Notes: generated by a model not told the origin, from the letters alone. Shown: positions 40,200-53,016, counted from the whole stretch's first letter. The stretch is 63,435 nt of DNA, filler included, from Octopus bimaculoides (GCF_001194135.2; 6 parts of 6 records of this genome joined end to end with filler, not necessarily neighbours in it); one strand, 5' to 3'. Made by a program: numbers and translations.

Positions 40200-40541
40200 C
40201 AGTAGTTTTCGACCGGAATCCAAATAAGATTTTTTAGTAAATTAGTAAATTGAGGATCCACAGTAATATTTTAGTGATTCGTGAAAAATTTTACTTTACA
40301 TATATTTATTGCAAGAAACGCCTACGCTTCTTTCTCTGTTTTACATAGTTTAACATGCTTCCAACCACTTAAACATGTTCTTTCAGTGGTTGCTATTGCA
40401 AACCAACACAAGTAAATGGGTGAAAAACAGGAAGCATCTATAAAACTAGTTTTTAAACATCAAATGGCTATGGGGATCAACCAGAATTAAATAGTAATGA
40501 AAAGGGTCCATAGATTAAAAATAAAACGTAGAAAACCACTG
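40200..40541. mobile_element. hAT-type MITE with degenerate 8-bp target duplication
   Basis: Ends cagtagttttc / gaaaaccactg; flanks cactacat and aactaaat (6/8 identical). Confidence 0.8.
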
Positions 40542-40964
40542 AACTAAATTGTGCAGACACTAGCTTGGAGTAACCTATCTGCTGACTGCTTGCTCACTGC
40601 TAAATTTTCTGAGATTTTCTTGTCACAGAGACGAGTCTATGACCTAAAGCTTGTCTTGTTAGAACATATATGCTAAATCCGACAGCTAAACTTGTTCAGA
40701 GTCCTCTTGATGTGATCGACAGAACAGCCATCCAGCACACAATAGAAGTGTTACAATTCCCTTTGTTTTCTTCTTTTTTGTTAGACCTCACTTATGTATC
40801 GCAAAGTTTTATATGAGGGATACTAATCAGTGTAACCTCCGAATTGCAATCCGTAAGACGATAACCTGGCGTACGAAAAATGCATAGCTCATCTTGAAAC
40901 CTGCCCCAGCTTTCTTTCTATTTCACATTGTTGCGAAGGTTACACTATACACACATGCACACAC

Positions 40965-41326
40965 AACTTTTATCATTTTAATACCTGTTTCAGTCATCCG
41001 ACTGCGACCATGCTGGGGCAGCACTTTGGAGAATTTTAGCCGAACGAATCGACCCAGAACATATTTTTTAAGCCTGGTACTATCGGTCTCCTTTCCCGAA
41101 AAGCTAAGTTACGGAAGCAAAAACAAAAGTCCACATACATAGATACATATATAAATATATAGGAGTGGCTGTGTGGTAAGTAGCTTGCTTACCAGCCACA
41201 TGGTTCCGGGTTCAGTCCCACTGCGTAGCACCTTGGGCAAGTGTCTTCTACTATAGCCTCGGGCCGACCAAAGCCTTGTGAGTGGATTTGGTAGACGGAA
41301 ACTGAAAGAAGCCCGTCGTATATATG

Positions 41327-41377
<51 letters not shown>

Positions 41378-41593
41378 CTATATGTCTGTGTGTCTGTGTT
41401 TGTTCCCCCAACATCGCTTGACAACCGATTCTGGTGTGTTTACGTCCCCGTAACTTAGCGGTTCGGCAAAAGAGACTGATAGAATAAGTACTAGGCTTCC
41501 AAAGAATAAGTCCTGGGGTCGATTTGCTCGACTAAAGGCGGTGCTCCAGCATGGCCACAGTCAAATGACTGAAACAAGTAAAATAGTAAAATA

Positions 41594-41630
<37 letters not shown>

Positions 41631-41808
41631 AACACACACACACACACTCATATATATACATATACATACATATATACATATACGACGAGGTTCTTTCAGT
41701 TTCCATCTGCCAAATCCACTCACAAGACTTTGGTAGTCTCGAGTACTGAACCAGGAATTATGTGGTTAAAAAGCAAACTTCTCATCACACATCTATACCT
41801 GCTCCTAT
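40965..41808 (-). mobile_element. Older family A SINE (tail 40965-41140, head 41680-41808) split by a nested copy
   Basis: Minus-strand tail and head halves flank a plus-strand full copy. Confidence 0.75.
41158..41595 (+). mobile_element. Young family A SINE nested in the opposite orientation
   Basis: ggagtggctgtgtggtaagtagc...gactgaaacaagtaaaatag; CpGs largely intact. Confidence 0.92.
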
Positions 41809-41863
41809 GTATGTGTGTATATGTGTGTGTGTGCGTGTGTGTGCGTACGTATGTATATATATG

Positions 41864-41939
<76 letters not shown>

Positions 41940-42389
41940 AAATGAATGTATGAGTGAGAGAGAGAGAGCGAGAGAGAGAGAGAAAGAGAGAGAGATTTCT
42001 ATAAAGAATTTGATAGATTACCTCTAAGAATGGACATAGGCACGATCTAAAAAGCAATAATACTAGGGTTTGTAAATATTCTTAGGACATTTCCATACAG
42101 CATTTGTTAACCTCAAAGACGTCGGCTAACCATAAACATATTAGTTAACCTTTAAAATATTAATCAATTTTAGGTATTTTGATTAACCTTAAACACTTTT
42201 ATTCATGTTCTCCAAGCTGTACCTATTTTTTCTGTATTAACAAAGGAAACGTTTTGTTATTTCTCAAAGCATGAATAAAAAAGAATAATTATAGAGATAA
42301 TGATGATGGCGAGATGTGGGAAGAGGAGGAGAGGATTACGATGACGATGAAGACGACGATGACAATGATGATGATATTAATGATGATGA

Positions 42390-42422
<33 letters not shown>

Positions 42423-42770
42423 TGATGATGATGAGGATAATGATGATGATGACGATGACGAGGACGATATTGATGGCGATTATATACATTGACCGCGTCA
42501 GTCAACAATCACATTTTCTGTTCACATGGATGGTGAAGATATTCGATATGGATAATCAGTGATTGGAAAGTGTATGGAGAAGTAAAAAGGTCACCATTGG
42601 ACTAAAGAGAGAGGGGTGGGGTATTCCCCATAGATAGAGCAAGGGGGTAGCCCAAAGTTCACTCGTAGCTGAAAAAGATGGAGTATAGATTCTAAATGTG
42701 TGAAGCCACATGTGGACATTGCTTTTCAGGCTAAGATGTTTTGTCATAGCTGTAGTGTTGTATATATGAA

Positions 42771-42813
<43 letters not shown>

Positions 42814-43420
42814 TGTATACATACATCTATGTACATACCTACATATGTACATATATATTACAATTAAAAGGGTAAAGGTTTATCAATTTATTAATAAATC
42901 AACAATTAATAATTTTTACCAAGCCCTTNNNNNNNNNNNNNNNNNNNNNNNNNNNNNNNNNNNNNNNNNNNNNNNNNNNNNNNNNNNNNNNNNNNNNNNN
43001 NNNNNNNNNNNNNNNNNNNNNNNNNNNNNNNNNNNNNNNNNNNNNNNNNNNNNNNNNNNNNNNNNNNNNNNNNNNNNNNNNNNNNNNNNNNNNNNNNNNN
43101 NNNNNNNNNNNNNNNNNNNNNNNNNNNNNNNNNNNNNNNNNNNNNNNNNNNNNNNNNNNNNNNNNNNNNNNNNNNNNNNNNNNNNNNNNNNNNNNNNNNN
43201 NNNNNNNNNNNNNNNNNNNNNNNNNNNNNNNNNNNNNNNNNNNNNNNNNNNNNNNNNNNNNNNNNNNNNNNNNNNNNNNNNNNNNNNNNNNNNNNNNNNN
43301 NNNNNNNNNNNNNNNNNNNNNNNNNNNNNNNNNNNNNNNNNNNNNNNNNNNNNNNNNNNNNNNNNNNNNNNNNNNNNTATATATACATATATACATACAT
43401 GCACATACATACATACATAC

Positions 43421-43678
43421 AAGGCCCTTAGCATGCTTGTATGTTATGTATAAACTGTACAAAGATTGTCTGAATATGTTTCTCCAAGACCACTGCTAAA
43501 CAAATGGTGTGATAACTGAAGAACAGGCAAGAGGAAGAAAGGAGTCTGGGCCTGTGCTGAACAGCTCCTCCTCAACAAAGTTGTCATTGAGGAAGCCGAG
43601 CAACATCGCCGTAATCTCTTATCGATATAGCTAGACTACAAGAAGACATTCGACTCTGGGCCTCACTCATGTCACTAC
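43421..43678 (+). mobile_element. R4/Dong-clade reverse transcriptase fragment
   Basis: RPLACLYVMYKLY...NGVITEEQARGRK/GVWACAEQLLLNKVVIEEAEQHRRNLLSI*LDYKKTFDS. Confidence 0.8.
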
Positions 43679-44071
43679 TTTCATCTCTTACAGAGATTTA
43701 TAACTACCTGCTCTGCTTGTTGCAAGATCAGCGACTAACGTCGCTTGAATTTCTATATATTGCAAACTTGAGCGAACTACTGCCATTTCTAGCAGACAAT
43801 GTGTCCAGCACTGAGGAAAGACAGAAATAGCCCGAAACCAGGTTGGTCTGCCGGTCCTGTCGCTAGAAGGCCGTAGAAGTTCACTCTCTTGCTTGCAATA
43901 TATCGGATGTAGGTTGCATCGTAAACCAGCTAGAGGAAATGTCCGCTTGGGGTTAAAAAATTGCAGTAACGTCCGTTCGTACGCAAAAGCCACGTTGAAG
44001 TGGCGACAAACATTACTTGCCAGTACAGTTACTTCTTTCCTCTCTTACAGAGATTTTTATAACTAGCTGCT
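43679..44071 (+). mobile_element. 357-bp unit with ~35-bp terminal direct repeats carrying a hammerhead (retrozyme or PLE pLTR-like)
   Basis: tttcatctcttacagagatttataactacctgct (43679-43712) vs tttcctctcttacagagatttttataactagctgct (44036-44071); no credible internal ORF. Confidence 0.6.
43782..43871 (+). ncRNA. Type I hammerhead ribozyme motif (stem II decayed)
   Basis: Core CTGAGGA 43811-17, GAAA 43834-37, GTC cleavage triplet 43846-48; stem III ACC/GGT; stem I ccagca/tgccgg (5/6) extended past an internal loop by ttctagc(a)gaca/tgtcgctagaa (11 bp, 1 bulge); stem II AGAC/GCCC only 2/4 paired. Confidence 0.7.
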
Positions 44072-44074
44072 TTT

Positions 44075-44279
44075 ATTCATTTACTTATTTCAGTCATTTG
44101 ACTGTGGCCATGTTCGAGCACCGCCTTTAGTCGAACAAATCGACCCAGGACTTATTCTTTGTAAGCCTAGTACTTATTCTATCGGTCTCTTTTGTCGAAC
44201 CGCTAAGTTACGGGGACGTAAACAGACCAACATCGGTTGTCAAGTGATGGTCGGGGGGCAAGCACAGACACACACACAA

Positions 44280-44324
<45 letters not shown>

Positions 44325-44367
44325 ACGGGCTTCTTTCAGTTTCCGTCTACCAAATCCACTCACAAGA
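44075..44367 (-). mobile_element. SINE family A (head lost in gap)
   Basis: tttcagtcatttgactgtggccatg...gacgggcttctttcagtttccgtctaccaaatccactcacaag. Confidence 0.9.
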
Positions 44368-45547
44368 NNNNNNNNNNNNNNNNNNNNNNNNNNNNNNNNN
44401 NNNNNNNNNNNNNNNNNNNNNNNNNNNNNNNNNNNNNNNNNNNNNNNNNNNNNNNNNNNNNNNNNNNNNNNNNNNNNNNNNNNNNNNNNNNNNNNNNNNN
44501 NNNNNNNNNNNNNNNNNNNNNNNNNNNNNNNNNNNNNNNNNNNNNNNNNNNNNNNNNNNNNNNNNNNNNNNNNNNNNNNNNNNNNNNNNNNNNNNNNNNN
44601 NNNNNNNNNNNNNNNNNNNNNNNNNNNNNNNNNNNNNNNNNNNNNNNNNNNNNNNNNNNNNNNNNNNNNNNNNNNNNNNNNNNNNNNNNNNNNNNNNNNN
44701 NNNNNNNNNNNNNNNNNNNNNNNNNNNNNNNNNNNNNNNNNNNNNNNNNNNNNNNNNNNNNNNNNNNNNNNNNNNNNNNNNNNNNNNNNNNNNNNNNNNN
44801 NNNNNNNNNNNNNNNNNNNNNNNNNNNNNNNNNNNNNNNNNNNNNNNNNNNNNNNNNNNNNNNNNNNNNNNNNNNNNNNNNNNNNNNNNNNNNNNNNNNN
44901 NNNNNNNNNNNNNNNNNNNNNNNNNNNNNNNNNNNNNNNNNNNNNNNNNNNNNNNNNNNNNNNNNNNNNNNNNNNNNNNNNNNNNNNNNNNNNNNNNNNN
45001 NNNNNNNNNNNNNNNNNNNNNNNNNNNNNNNNNNNNNNNNNNNNNNNNNNNNNNNNNNNNNNNNNNNNNNNNNNNNNNNNNNNNNNNNNNNNNNNNNNNN
45101 NNNNNNNNNNNNNNNNNNNNNNNNNNNNNNNNNNNNNNNNNNNNNNNNNNNNNNNNNNNNNNNNNNNNNNNNNNNNNNNNNNNNNNNNNNNNNNNNNNNN
45201 NNNNNNNNNNNNNNNNNNNNNNNNNNNNNNNNNNNNNNNNNNNNNNNNNNNNNNNNNNNNNNNNNNNNNNNNNNNNNNNNNNNNNNNNNNNNNNNNNNNN
45301 NNNNNNNNNNNNNNNNNNNNNNNNNNNNNNNNNNNNNNNNNNNNNNNNNNNNNNNNNNNNTATATATATATATATATATATTCATGCGTACTTTAACGCT
45401 TAATCTCAGAGATTCATGATGTTTACATATACACAAATATACACAAATTGCATAATTGTGTATTTATATATATGCATACATACATTCATATTCATATATA
45501 TATATATATATGCACACACACGCACACACACTCACAAATGCACACAC

Positions 45548-45720
45548 ATAAGCGCATGCGTAGCTGTGTAGTTAAGAATCTTGCTTCCCAACCACATGGT
45601 TCCGGATTCAATCCCATTGCGTAGCACCTTGGGCAAGTGTCTTTTGCTATAGCCTCGGGCAGACCAAAGACTTGTGAGTGGATTTGGTAGACGGAAACTG
45701 AAAGAAGCCAGTTGTATGTG
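45548..45720 (+). mobile_element. SINE family A, 5' half
   Basis: gcgcatgcgtagctgtgtagttaag...ggtagacggaaactgaaagaagcc. Confidence 0.85.
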
Positions 45721-45837
45721 TATATATATATATATATNNNNNNNNNNNNNNNNNNNNNNNNNNNNNNNNNNNNNNNNNNNNTTAATTAATTAANNNNNNN
45801 NNNNNNNNNNNNNNNNNNNNNNNNNNNNNNNNNNNNN

Positions 45838-45936
<99 letters not shown>

Positions 45937-45946
45937 TTCATTGTCG

Positions 45947-45987
<41 letters not shown>

Positions 45988-46029
45988 GATGATGATGTTA
46001 TTATTTCTATCATTGTTATAATTTATCCT

Positions 46030-46715
46030 ATATGTATATGTGATGATGTGAGGGTACTAGTATTCTGCTTAATGTTCGTAGGATTGGTTGAGTCTTCGTT
46101 TTGGTCTAAAATATGTGGTTCAATGCTGGAGCTATGTATGTGTTGCGTGCTAATGCATTTAGAATTGTTTTGGTGTATATTTTGATAGTACAGAGAAAGT
46201 TTTCTTCTATTGAGGCTGTTACAATAGACACTAAATTGGGCGGTGAACAGTTGGATAGCTTTAAAATAGATCGGTTTAAGATAGAGTAATATTTATGTTG
46301 ACCAAAGAAGTTGAAGTCTGAGATATAAAGAAAGGATTTGGCTAAGTTCTTTACATTTGTTGAGAAGAGAGGTGTATACTGCAAAATTGAACATCGAACG
46401 CTTTTTTTTTGTTGGTGTTGCTTAGGTGTTGTATAATCTATATGTTTAGTTATTAGAGGGCGGCTATAGGGTCCTCTATTGTTGGCTGTTTTGATTTTGA
46501 GCTTGGTTTGTATATGTGTGTGTGTGGGGGGGGGCAGAACTAAGCTGTCTTAATCTGGGTTCTCTCATGTTTGAGATACATGTTTGAGCATAGAATTAAC
46601 GATGTCTTTTATTTGTTGAGAGAAGCCGCTGGCACCGAGTGCTTGATTGTGATATTGGGTATGGTTATTGAATATTTCTTACCTAAGTTTTTTTTTAGAA
46701 GATAGGTGGAGTAAC
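46030..46715 (-). mobile_element. Penelope-like element fragment (thumb/linker region)
   Basis: IFNNHTQYHNQALGASGF...QYTPLFSTNVKNLAKSFLYISDFNFFGQHKYYSILNRSILKLSNCSPPNLVSI resembles PLE WFNPPFSxNVKTNxGKxFL...HK...NRxTxKxSYSCxPN. Confidence 0.7.
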
Positions 46716-46721
46716 GTTGCA

Positions 46722-46771
<50 letters not shown>

Positions 46772-48308
46772 CCTATCTATCTATCTATATATCTGTCTGT
46801 CTTTCTGTCTGTCTCTATCTATCTATGTGCATGTATAAGTGTGTGCGTGTATGTGTGAATGTGAGTGCGTATGTGTGTTTGTATATGTATGTGTGTATGT
46901 GCATAAAAGTGTCTATAACTGTGCCTAGATTTAAACTAAGTGTTGATATATTCCTTGTGTGTCTTTTAGGATTTCGACAAATGCGGACCTATATCAAAAA
47001 AATAAATAAACAGTTATGAGAGTGAAGTAATATTAGCAATTAATATGTTTGGCGATAATATTGGAAAACTCCGTCCTACCGTGAGCGCAGTCGAGAGAAA
47101 TCAGTAAAAATATTAGCATAATTTATATGTGAATGCAGAAAATCCTTTTGCATTCATATTATTCAACATATTCGTTTAAATGCAATTTAAAAAATAAGTA
47201 ATCCGTTGAAATATAATTAATCTTCTAATGATATAATATTAGTTAAATCATTATTTCAATTTACGTGTATCATACCTCAGATATAACTTAATTTGCTCAT
47301 TTAAAGCACTTTCGAATGCTAGATGTTTATAATTATAAAATACACGAATAGACTTTATCAATAAATTTAGTTCAAAGATAATTTTCAATTTGTTTCAAAT
47401 ATGAATGAAAGCGTATGTCTCAAATATTATGATACGCTTCAAAGAGATTATATTTCGTGCATGAAAAGTAATACATCGAGATAAAGAAACCTGTAATTAT
47501 TCTAATTTTATGAAACCCATAATTAAAGTAAATGCAACGAGTTGTTATTACACGAATCTTTGGGTAATAACCACATTTATACATGTGAATAATGCGGTTT
47601 CGGAATACTAGATAAATATGCATCAAGTTAATAGATAAGCATACACCCGCGCACACGGAAGCAAACACACTTCGTTTTATCCATACACATAGATATGTGT
47701 GTGCATGTGTGTGTGTGAATATATAAACACACACAATCGTATATATATATATATATAGACACACACCCACACTATCACACATACACACGGGTATATACAT
47801 ATCCAGAAATATATATCTGTGCGCTTATGGGTGTGTATATCTATATACAGCTATATATTTTTACACACACAGACACGCGCGCATATATATTATACATATG
47901 TGATATATATATATATATATATATATTCACGAAAACGCGTTACAAAGATGAATCTTTGAACATCACCACCGTTCATTCGAGTCTTCTCGAACTGAGCAGA
48001 TGCGAACTTTTGTGTATGACGGTGACCTAAACGTGCACTGGGATTCAAGCTGTTCTTCAAATAATGAGGTGCGAAGTTTGAAAACTGCTTGGTGTTACAG
48101 CGCTGAGAAAACTTTGACTGCGCCGTTCCTAATAGCACCCCGCATTCAGAAACTGAATTTCTTATCCATGTAATATCTGGTATTAGGTAACCAATATGGC
48201 ATTGATAGATGTATACAGTGCCAACGGTACAAGCTGAGCAATGATGTTCAAAATGCCCTCGCCTCCTGCTGGCTGAAAAAAGATGCTCACATATATAAAT
48301 ATGAGAAG

Positions 48309-48343
<35 letters not shown>

Positions 48344-49299
48344 TGTGTGTGTGTGTGTGACTAGTTCTAGGAACAAAAGATGGTCCTGCTGCATGAATTG
48401 AAAAACACTACTACCCTACACGAAAGAGACAGATTCATGACACTCATGCAATAAGAATATTGACGAGTAAACAAACTGAAGTGGACGAAACAGCAACAAC
48501 AACGATCTCGGTATTGTAAGAATCAGCACAGATACCCAAACAATATCGACGGGATTGTCATGTCGGAATGTAAACGAAAAGAGAACTTCAACACCAATGG
48601 AACAAAACCAATAGCCCCCCTCCACCACCACCACCACCGATAGCAACATTTACATCTGTGCTTGAGATTGTAAAAGAAAAAAAGAAGGAAATTGCTTTAA
48701 AAAATCATTCTTGAAAATAAGATGGATATTATGACAATACAACAACAACAACAACACAAACATACGAAACCAAAACAGCAACAATAACAATCTTAATGAC
48801 TACAAAAATAGTGACAATAACCACAACATCCTCCACACAAACATACCAAACGAAAACAGCAACACAAACATACGAAACCAAGGCAACAACAACAACGACA
48901 ATAGCAATGTTAGTGACGATAACCACATCCATCACACAAACAACTATAACAAAAACAGCACAAATATACGAAACCAAAATAACAGCAATAGCAACAACAA
49001 TAGCAATGACTGTAACAACAATGACAGCCAAAACACCCCACGCACAAAGTACTAACCACAACATCACCCAAACAACCACCACCACCAGCACTACCTTCAA
49101 CACCATCAACGCCCACAACAACAACATCAGCAGTAACAACAATCTCAGCAACAACAACAATAACATCATCAATGAATACAACACCAGCTGCAATAAGAAC
49201 GCCGGCAACCGTAACAACAACAACAACAACAACTACAACAATAGTAACACCGGTAGCTCCTTAGATTCTGTCTTCTATTACCCCAAAGACCAATCGTAT

Positions 49300-49976
49300 G
49301 CCGAACGTGTATGTATCCCACTACAGACTGACAGTGAGACAGAGGCAAAGATTCCCTTAGCTAGAAATAAACTCCGACACATCTGGGACCAGACCAGTAC
49401 AACAAAGTCACTAAAAACACATAATTCAGTTCAATTGTCACCAAAGGCCTACAAAAACTGAAAGAGCGAATTGGGAACAGGGAATTGGTAGGTCTCACTA
49501 CGGATACGTTTGACAGTTTGTAGATAGACAGCCCGCAGAACAATGTGCGAACCATGCAAGAACACATCCGTAGCATGAGAGCAGTTTCACCACAGGAACA
49601 TGTAAGTCGAAAAACTTCTCAGTGCACACATAGGTATGTAGTGCAACATACTCCAACACAGAAAATGGATTGCTTAACATTTCCCAAAACATTCAAATGC
49701 GATGATCATACGCTGAACAAGTTACGAAAGGACCGTAAACCCTACGCAAACCCGGCTATGTCGTCCCCAGTCCGGCTAGTTTGAGGAACGAATATCTCCA
49801 GCAAGTGTAGGCTAACCTATTTCCTCATACATGTGGTAAGACCAATCATTGAAATGTCCCATGATGTTTGTGTGAGCACAAAGAACCTCTTTGGTAGAAT
49901 CAGTAGTTGCAACAACTCTAACGACCTCGCAAGTTGTGTAGTGAGTAGTATGGATATGGTTGCACTCTACCCATCA
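49300..49976 (+). mobile_element. Penelope-like reverse transcriptase N-terminal fragment
   Basis: KGLQKLKERIGNRELVGLTTD...LRKDRK...PVRLV*G...VRPII...CVSTKNLFGRI...VVSSMDMVALYPS; ends at (TATG)n. Confidence 0.7.
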
Positions 49977-50059
49977 TGTATGTATGTATGTATGTATGTA
50001 TGTATGTATGTATGCGTGTGTGCTTCTATGTGTGGTCGATGGGGGTGTATATGCCCAAC

Positions 50060-50310
50060 CACCTGATTGAACGAAAAAGCATACTACCAAAAAAGATTCG
50101 AATATAGCGTCCAGACGAAGAACCCAATAGTATAACAGCTGGGAGTTCAAAGTCCCGCAAATTATCAATACACTGTCAAAAGTTGTCAGAGGAGTGGATG
50201 AGGTTATGTTTAAGAAACAGTTAGACAAATTTCATCAAATACATCAGATAAACTCACATAACGGCAAGAAGTGCAAAGGACAACTCTGTCCAAACTCAAT
50301 ACTTGAAATA
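50060..50310 (+). mobile_element. CR1/Jockey-group LINE ORF2 3' end
   Basis: SWEFKVPQIINTLSKVVRGVDEVMFKKQLDKF resembles GPxLFNxLP..R......FKxxLDxFL. Confidence 0.5.
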
Positions 50311-50449
50311 GACAAGCATTAGAGTTAATGGCGGTCTCTTGGCATAGCAACAACTTTTAGCTGAAACAATGGATAAAGTAATTGTATTTAGAAGCGCATA
50401 CCTACATACATACATGCATACATACATGCATACATACATGCATATAGCT

Positions 50450-51630
50450 GTTAAAGTGCCTTATTCCGGTAAAGGTACCTACTATTGTAATTCCTACTAT
50501 AGAGATACTCACAAAGACGTGGACAACTAGTCTTACCTTTTCAACTGAGAAGAGAATAATTGTTTCTAATAATAGAGGCATTTCAAAGGAAATATCCCAG
50601 GGAGATATTGTTTCTGCACTGAATCCATTATGGTTCTTTCTGCAGAAAACAAATGGTTACATACTAAGATCTTCAACTTCCAGAAATATCAACGTAACTC
50701 ATAATTTTTTGGAGACGATCTGAAATTCATACTAAAAGTGTTAACAATGACAAAAAACAAAAAACAAAAAAAAAACATCTGTAATTAATAACATTTTCAG
50801 CTAAAAAAAGGCATGGAATTTGGCCTAAAGAAATGTTCATATTTGTTTATAGAACGAGGAAAGTCAGACCCCCAACCCCAAAACCTGCGGTCTCTCTATC
50901 TCCTCCATTCCGCACAAAGAACGTTACAAGTACCTAGCCATAGACGAAAATGTATCGTATGAAGGCACTGCTAATAAAGACAGAGCGACCCGAGAATATT
51001 ACACGAGACATAGGAAAATATGGCAGTCGGAACTCTCCACTTACAATAATATCCCGTAATGCATTTGCAGTTCCAGTGATTGGTGCGTGGAATAAATCCA
51101 CGCCATAGATATCAAAACAGGCAAAATCCTGACAGCAACTGGGAAATTCCACAGAAACAGTGATTTAAGGAGGCTATACTCATACACACACTAAGGCTCC
51201 AAATTAACCACAGGCTGGATGTTGGTAATCAATATATTAGTTAGCTACATCTGGCTGCGTGTAGGTTCGCTTTTGATAATATGGTCATCTATTGTTTATC
51301 ACGAAAAACAAAAAACAAAAAAAAAACAAGAGAAGAGAGAAGAAATAAAAGGAAAATGGGAAGCTGCACGTATAATACATAACTTAGAAGCAGCGCTACG
51401 GATGTACCAGCACACACGAGATTGAAACATGGCCGACCTCATGCATATCTCATGAGGAATTCCGGAAGGAGTTTCGTGAGACCACTGCTGAGACGATTCC
51501 GAAAAAAAATAAAGAAAAGCCGTTGAGAAACCGATTGTAACAGTGACTCCATCTAAGCATAACTGAAGAAGGAATTTCATTCTGAAATATCATCAGACTA
51601 TGGATGACTAGATTAAAACATGTATATAGC
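50450..51630 (+). mobile_element. R4/Dong-clade reverse transcriptase fragment, decayed
   Basis: ISQGDIVSALNPL...HNFF/GDDLK...GMEFGLKKCSYLFIERGK...YKYLAIDE...EYYTRHRKIWQSEL...IDIKTGKILTATGKFHRNSDLRRLY. Confidence 0.85.
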
Positions 51631-51707
51631 CCATTGTTTGTATTATAGTGCACTGTTGCACCATTCAATTTTTTATTTTTTTATTTTATATATATATATA
51701 TAAATAT

Positions 51708-52159
51708 ATATATATTTATATTTATATAAGGGCATTACTATATAATAACGCCTCACACCATGAGGGACTCTAAGGTCAGACTACTATAAAAAGCACATTT
51801 TTACCGAATGCGAGGAAATGCAACTCTCAAAGCCAACCCCTCAAAAACGAACTAAATTATATATCATGATTTCGTAGTTATTGTAGTATTATACAACTTC
51901 TACTCGTTTGGTATGTTGATTCACTGTTTATTTCTATCTTTCTGGACCATATTATACTGACGAGTAGAAGTTGTATAATACTACAATAACTACGAAATAA
52001 TGATATATAATTTAGTTCGTTTGTGAGGGGTTGGCTTTGAGAGTTGCATTTCCTCGCAATCGGTAAAAATGTGCTTTTTATAGTAGTCTGACCTTAGAGT
52101 CCCTCATGGCGTGAGGCGTTATTATATAGTAATGCCCTTATATAAATATAAATATATAT
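51708..52159. mobile_element. Foldback or MITE-like palindrome: 200-bp arms, 52-bp spacer
   Basis: 51708-51907 is the reverse complement of 51960-52159 with 4 mismatches. Confidence 0.85.
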
Positions 52160-53016
52160 TTCGGGAATAAATGATGGATTTTTTTCCCTTATGAGGTTTT
52201 TTTAACGCTAGCTACTTGATAAATTCTTGTAAAAGATTTCGTCCTATTATTTTTTCACCACTGTTATCAGCAGCATGCATACCATTATTACACAGGCACA
52301 CTGATACATAAGACACAGCAGTTTGTTTAAACAGAAAAAAACAGTGCAATTTTAATCATTAAAGACCCGTAGTAAGCTTTTCTCTTTTGAAGAAATAAGT
52401 AGTTAACTAATATTTAAGAGAAACACGTATATACATTATGATATCAATATTTATCCTCGAAAAGACAATATATTGTTGCTCTCAGCATAAAGGTTTACAT
52501 TTCCAGAAAGCATATATTCTAAAGATTAATTATATGCGGAAAACATTGAATTAAGTAGTACTGTGCATTGAAAGTGAGAAATATGTTATATATTTATCAC
52601 TTTTAGATGCGGCAACACTTTTAAATAATTAAGTCTTCACCCAGATTCTCGTTTTCTGTAAACATGCTATATTTTATTCATATCATATTTCTTAGGTTTA
52701 TTGTTTATATTTATTCACAGCTTCAGTGACAGCTGAGCGGCTTCAACCAAAGTCTTCTATTTTCAGACATATTAAAAATAACATTCAGTCGTTAGCCAAT
52801 CAATTATTCAATCTTTTCACTTTCCTAATATATGATTACATCTATAACATATGCATTTCGCCGGTTTATTGCGCTAGAGATATTTAATTCAAGTACTTAT
52901 CTTGAAAACTAGATTGGTTACTTTTACAAAAAAGTGCAAGAGAATTATCTGATTGTGTGTCATGTCTGGAGGACAAATTAGTAGCGGTAGGAACTAAGAA
53001 GTAATGATATACTACA

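Noticed and set aside
43380-43430. (TACA)n at the 5' side of both R4/Dong fragments as target specificity
   Set aside because: The 43.4-kb junction abuts a gap and may not be the true end; (TACA)n is ubiquitous here
47890-48300. Unique CpG-rich stretch with an 82-aa minus-strand ORF
   Set aside because: No recognisable domain or convincing splice sites; left uncalled
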